Of a stretch of 5,423 nt of DNA, positions 4,106 to 5,423 are shown one piece after another; positions within the stretch are counted from its first letter, which is position 1, and each line of letters starts with the position of its first letter. Source of the stretch: a virus; IMG/VR virus record IMGVR_UViG_3300045988_113695, positions 1 to 5,423 of that record. One strand, given 5' to 3'. Position numbers and translations under genes: made by a program. The notes below the pieces were generated by a model. That model did not search any database, was not told the DNA's origin, and was given only the letters and a program-made list of their open reading frames with translations.

Positions 4106-5423
4106 TGCCTAATTTGCAACATACATTTGATATAGCTCCTACTAATGTTAATCGAAAGAGATCTATATTTAGTTTAAATCACACAAATAAGCTTGATTTC
4201 AATGCCGGTGATTTGATTCCTATTGATACAATTGAGATTTTGCCCGGTGATACTGTTTCAATGGACATCTCTGCTGTTATTCGTTTATCAACTCCACTCG
4301 TACCTGTTATGGATGATGCTTTTGTTGATGTTTTTGCATTTTTTGTTCCCAATCGTATTATTTGGAAACATTGGGAAGAGTTTTGCGGTGAAAATAAATC
4401 TTCTTATTGGGCTCAAACAACTGATTGGTTGTTGCCTACATTGATTGTAGGTGATTCTTATGTTGCTGTCGGTTCTGCTGGTGATTTCCTTGGTTATGGT
4501 GCAGCTGCCTCTGGTCAGTATCAAGGTAATTTAGCTGCTTACGGTAATGTTCTTGCTGCTGGTGCTTATGTTCAAATTTGGAATGATTGGTTTCGTGATC
4601 AAAATACTCAAGCTCCTCAGAATACTTTCTATGAATTGGCTAATGGTGCTGAAATTGATTGTTCTTCTGGTGATATTCATGCTGATATTCTTCAACCTAA
4701 TTCTTTCCAGATTTCTTTAGGTCTTTTGCCAGTCAATAAGATTCATGATTATTTTACTTCGTGTTTGCCAGCTCCTCAAAAAGGCAATGCTGTAAGTTTG
4801 CCTCTTGGTCAGTTAGCTCCTGTTGTTTTTACTGATGATACGACAAAGTTTAATGCTAATGCTGGTATTCCTAGATTTAACACTAATGGTTTGGGTGATG
4901 AAGCTAATGGTTATGATCTGCATGCTTTCAATTCTTTGATTCAGCAAAATCATAAATTGGTTGGAACTGATCGAAATGTTACTGTTTCTAGTGGTGGAAA
5001 GGATTTGTCTATTGTTAATGCTTATGCTGATTTGTCTTCAGCATCTGCTGCAACTATAAATCAATTGAGACAAGCATTTGCTACACAGTATTTCCTTGAG
5101 AATGATGCTCGTTTTGGTACTCGTTATGTCGAGGTTCTATTAGGGCATTTTGGAGTAAATGCTGGCGATTATCGGCTTCAACGTCCAGAATATCTTGGTG
5201 GTTCACGTATTCCTGTATCCACTACTCAAGTCTCTAATAATACTGCTTCTTCTGGTACACCTCTTGGCACTCTTGCTGGTTTTACATATGGTCAACAGTC
5301 TGGTTCTTTGTTTACTAAGTCTTTTACTGAACATGGTCAATTATTGATTCTTGCTGCTTTGCGTTATAGGCATTCCTACTGTCAAGGTATATCTCCGTCT
5401 TTGAGAAGAAGATCTAAATTTGA
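4105..5423 (+). CDS. VP1: Major capsid protein VP1 (F-like), N-terminal about 440 aa. The frame is open to the window end, and in the circular genome it continues at base 1 and ends at 449. The total is about 570 aa.
   Basis: ATG 4105 has AGGAGG (4089-4094) 10 nt upstream. The N-terminus MPNLQHTFDIAPTNVNRKRSIFSLNHTNKLDFNAGDLIPIDTIEILPGDTVSMDISAVIRLSTPLVPVMDDAFVDVFAFFVPNRIIW matches the conserved Microviridae capsid pattern (phiX F shows a similar pattern: ...PVIAGDSFEMD...RLSPL...VDIFTFYVPHR...). There is no stop in frame 1 from 4105 to 5423. Confidence 0.9.
   Translation, partial: MPNLQHTFDIAPTNVNRKRSIFSLNHTNKLDFNAGDLIPIDTIEILPGDTVSMDISAVIRLSTPLVPVMDDAFVDVFAFFVPNRIIWKHWEEFCGENKSSYWAQTTDWLLPTLIVGDSYVAVGSAGDFLGYGAAASGQYQGNLAAYGNVLAAGAYVQIWNDWFRDQNTQAPQNTFYELANGAEIDCSSGDIHADILQPNSFQISLGLLPVNKIHDYFTSCLPAPQKGNAVSLPLGQLAPVVFTDDTTKFNANAGIPRFNTNGLGDEANGYDLHAFNSLIQQNHKLVGTDRNVTVSSGGKDLSIVNAYADLSSASAATINQLRQAFATQYFLENDARFGTRYVEVLLGHFGVNAGDYRLQRPEYLGGSRIPVSTTQVSNNTASSGTPLGTLAGFTYGQQSGSLFTKSFTEHGQLLILAALRYRHSYCQGISPSLRRRSKF
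5369..5423. repeat. Second copy of the 55-nt terminal redundancy.
   Basis: Identical to 1-55. Confidence 0.9.

Noticed and set aside
1-5423. tRNA, rRNA, CRISPR array, integrase or transposase.
   Set aside because: There are no cloverleaf-compatible segments, no repeat-spacer arrays, and no ORF with recombinase-like features. The whole window is accounted for by a compact ssDNA phage genome.

Overview
The window is a complete circular ssDNA phage genome of the Gokushovirinae type (family Microviridae), linearised inside the major capsid gene. Bases 1-55 are identical to 5369-5423, so the unit genome is about 5368 nt and the capsid ORF at the 3' end continues in frame into the ORF at the 5' end, giving one VP1 of about 570 aa. 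All credible genes are on the + strand, as expected for a microvirus. The order is VP1 (F-like major capsid), VP2 (H-like DNA pilot), two tandem hairpins, VP4 (A-like rolling-circle Rep), a 122-nt AT-rich non-coding region with a promoter-like element, then an accessory block of two orphan genes: a very acidic Cys/His-rich 122-aa protein and an 85-aa single-TM protein. After that come a 37-aa arginine-rich ORF below the ORF-track threshold (J/ORF8-like DNA-binding candidate), an 82-aa VP5-like ORF, VP3 (internal scaffold), and VP1 again. Genes are tightly packed with overlapping stop/start codons (ATGA, TAATG) and purine-rich Shine-Dalgarno sequences before almost every gene. Third-codon positions are strongly T-biased, which makes every +1 alternative frame look hydrophobic and explains the spurious nested ORFs in the track. 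The items most worth follow-up are the acidic orphan (anti-defence or Zn-binding candidate), the single-TM protein (candidate single-gene lysis or exclusion factor in a subfamily with no known lysis gene), the unannotated mini-ORF, and the paired hairpins upstream of rep (terminator and/or complementary-strand origin candidate).
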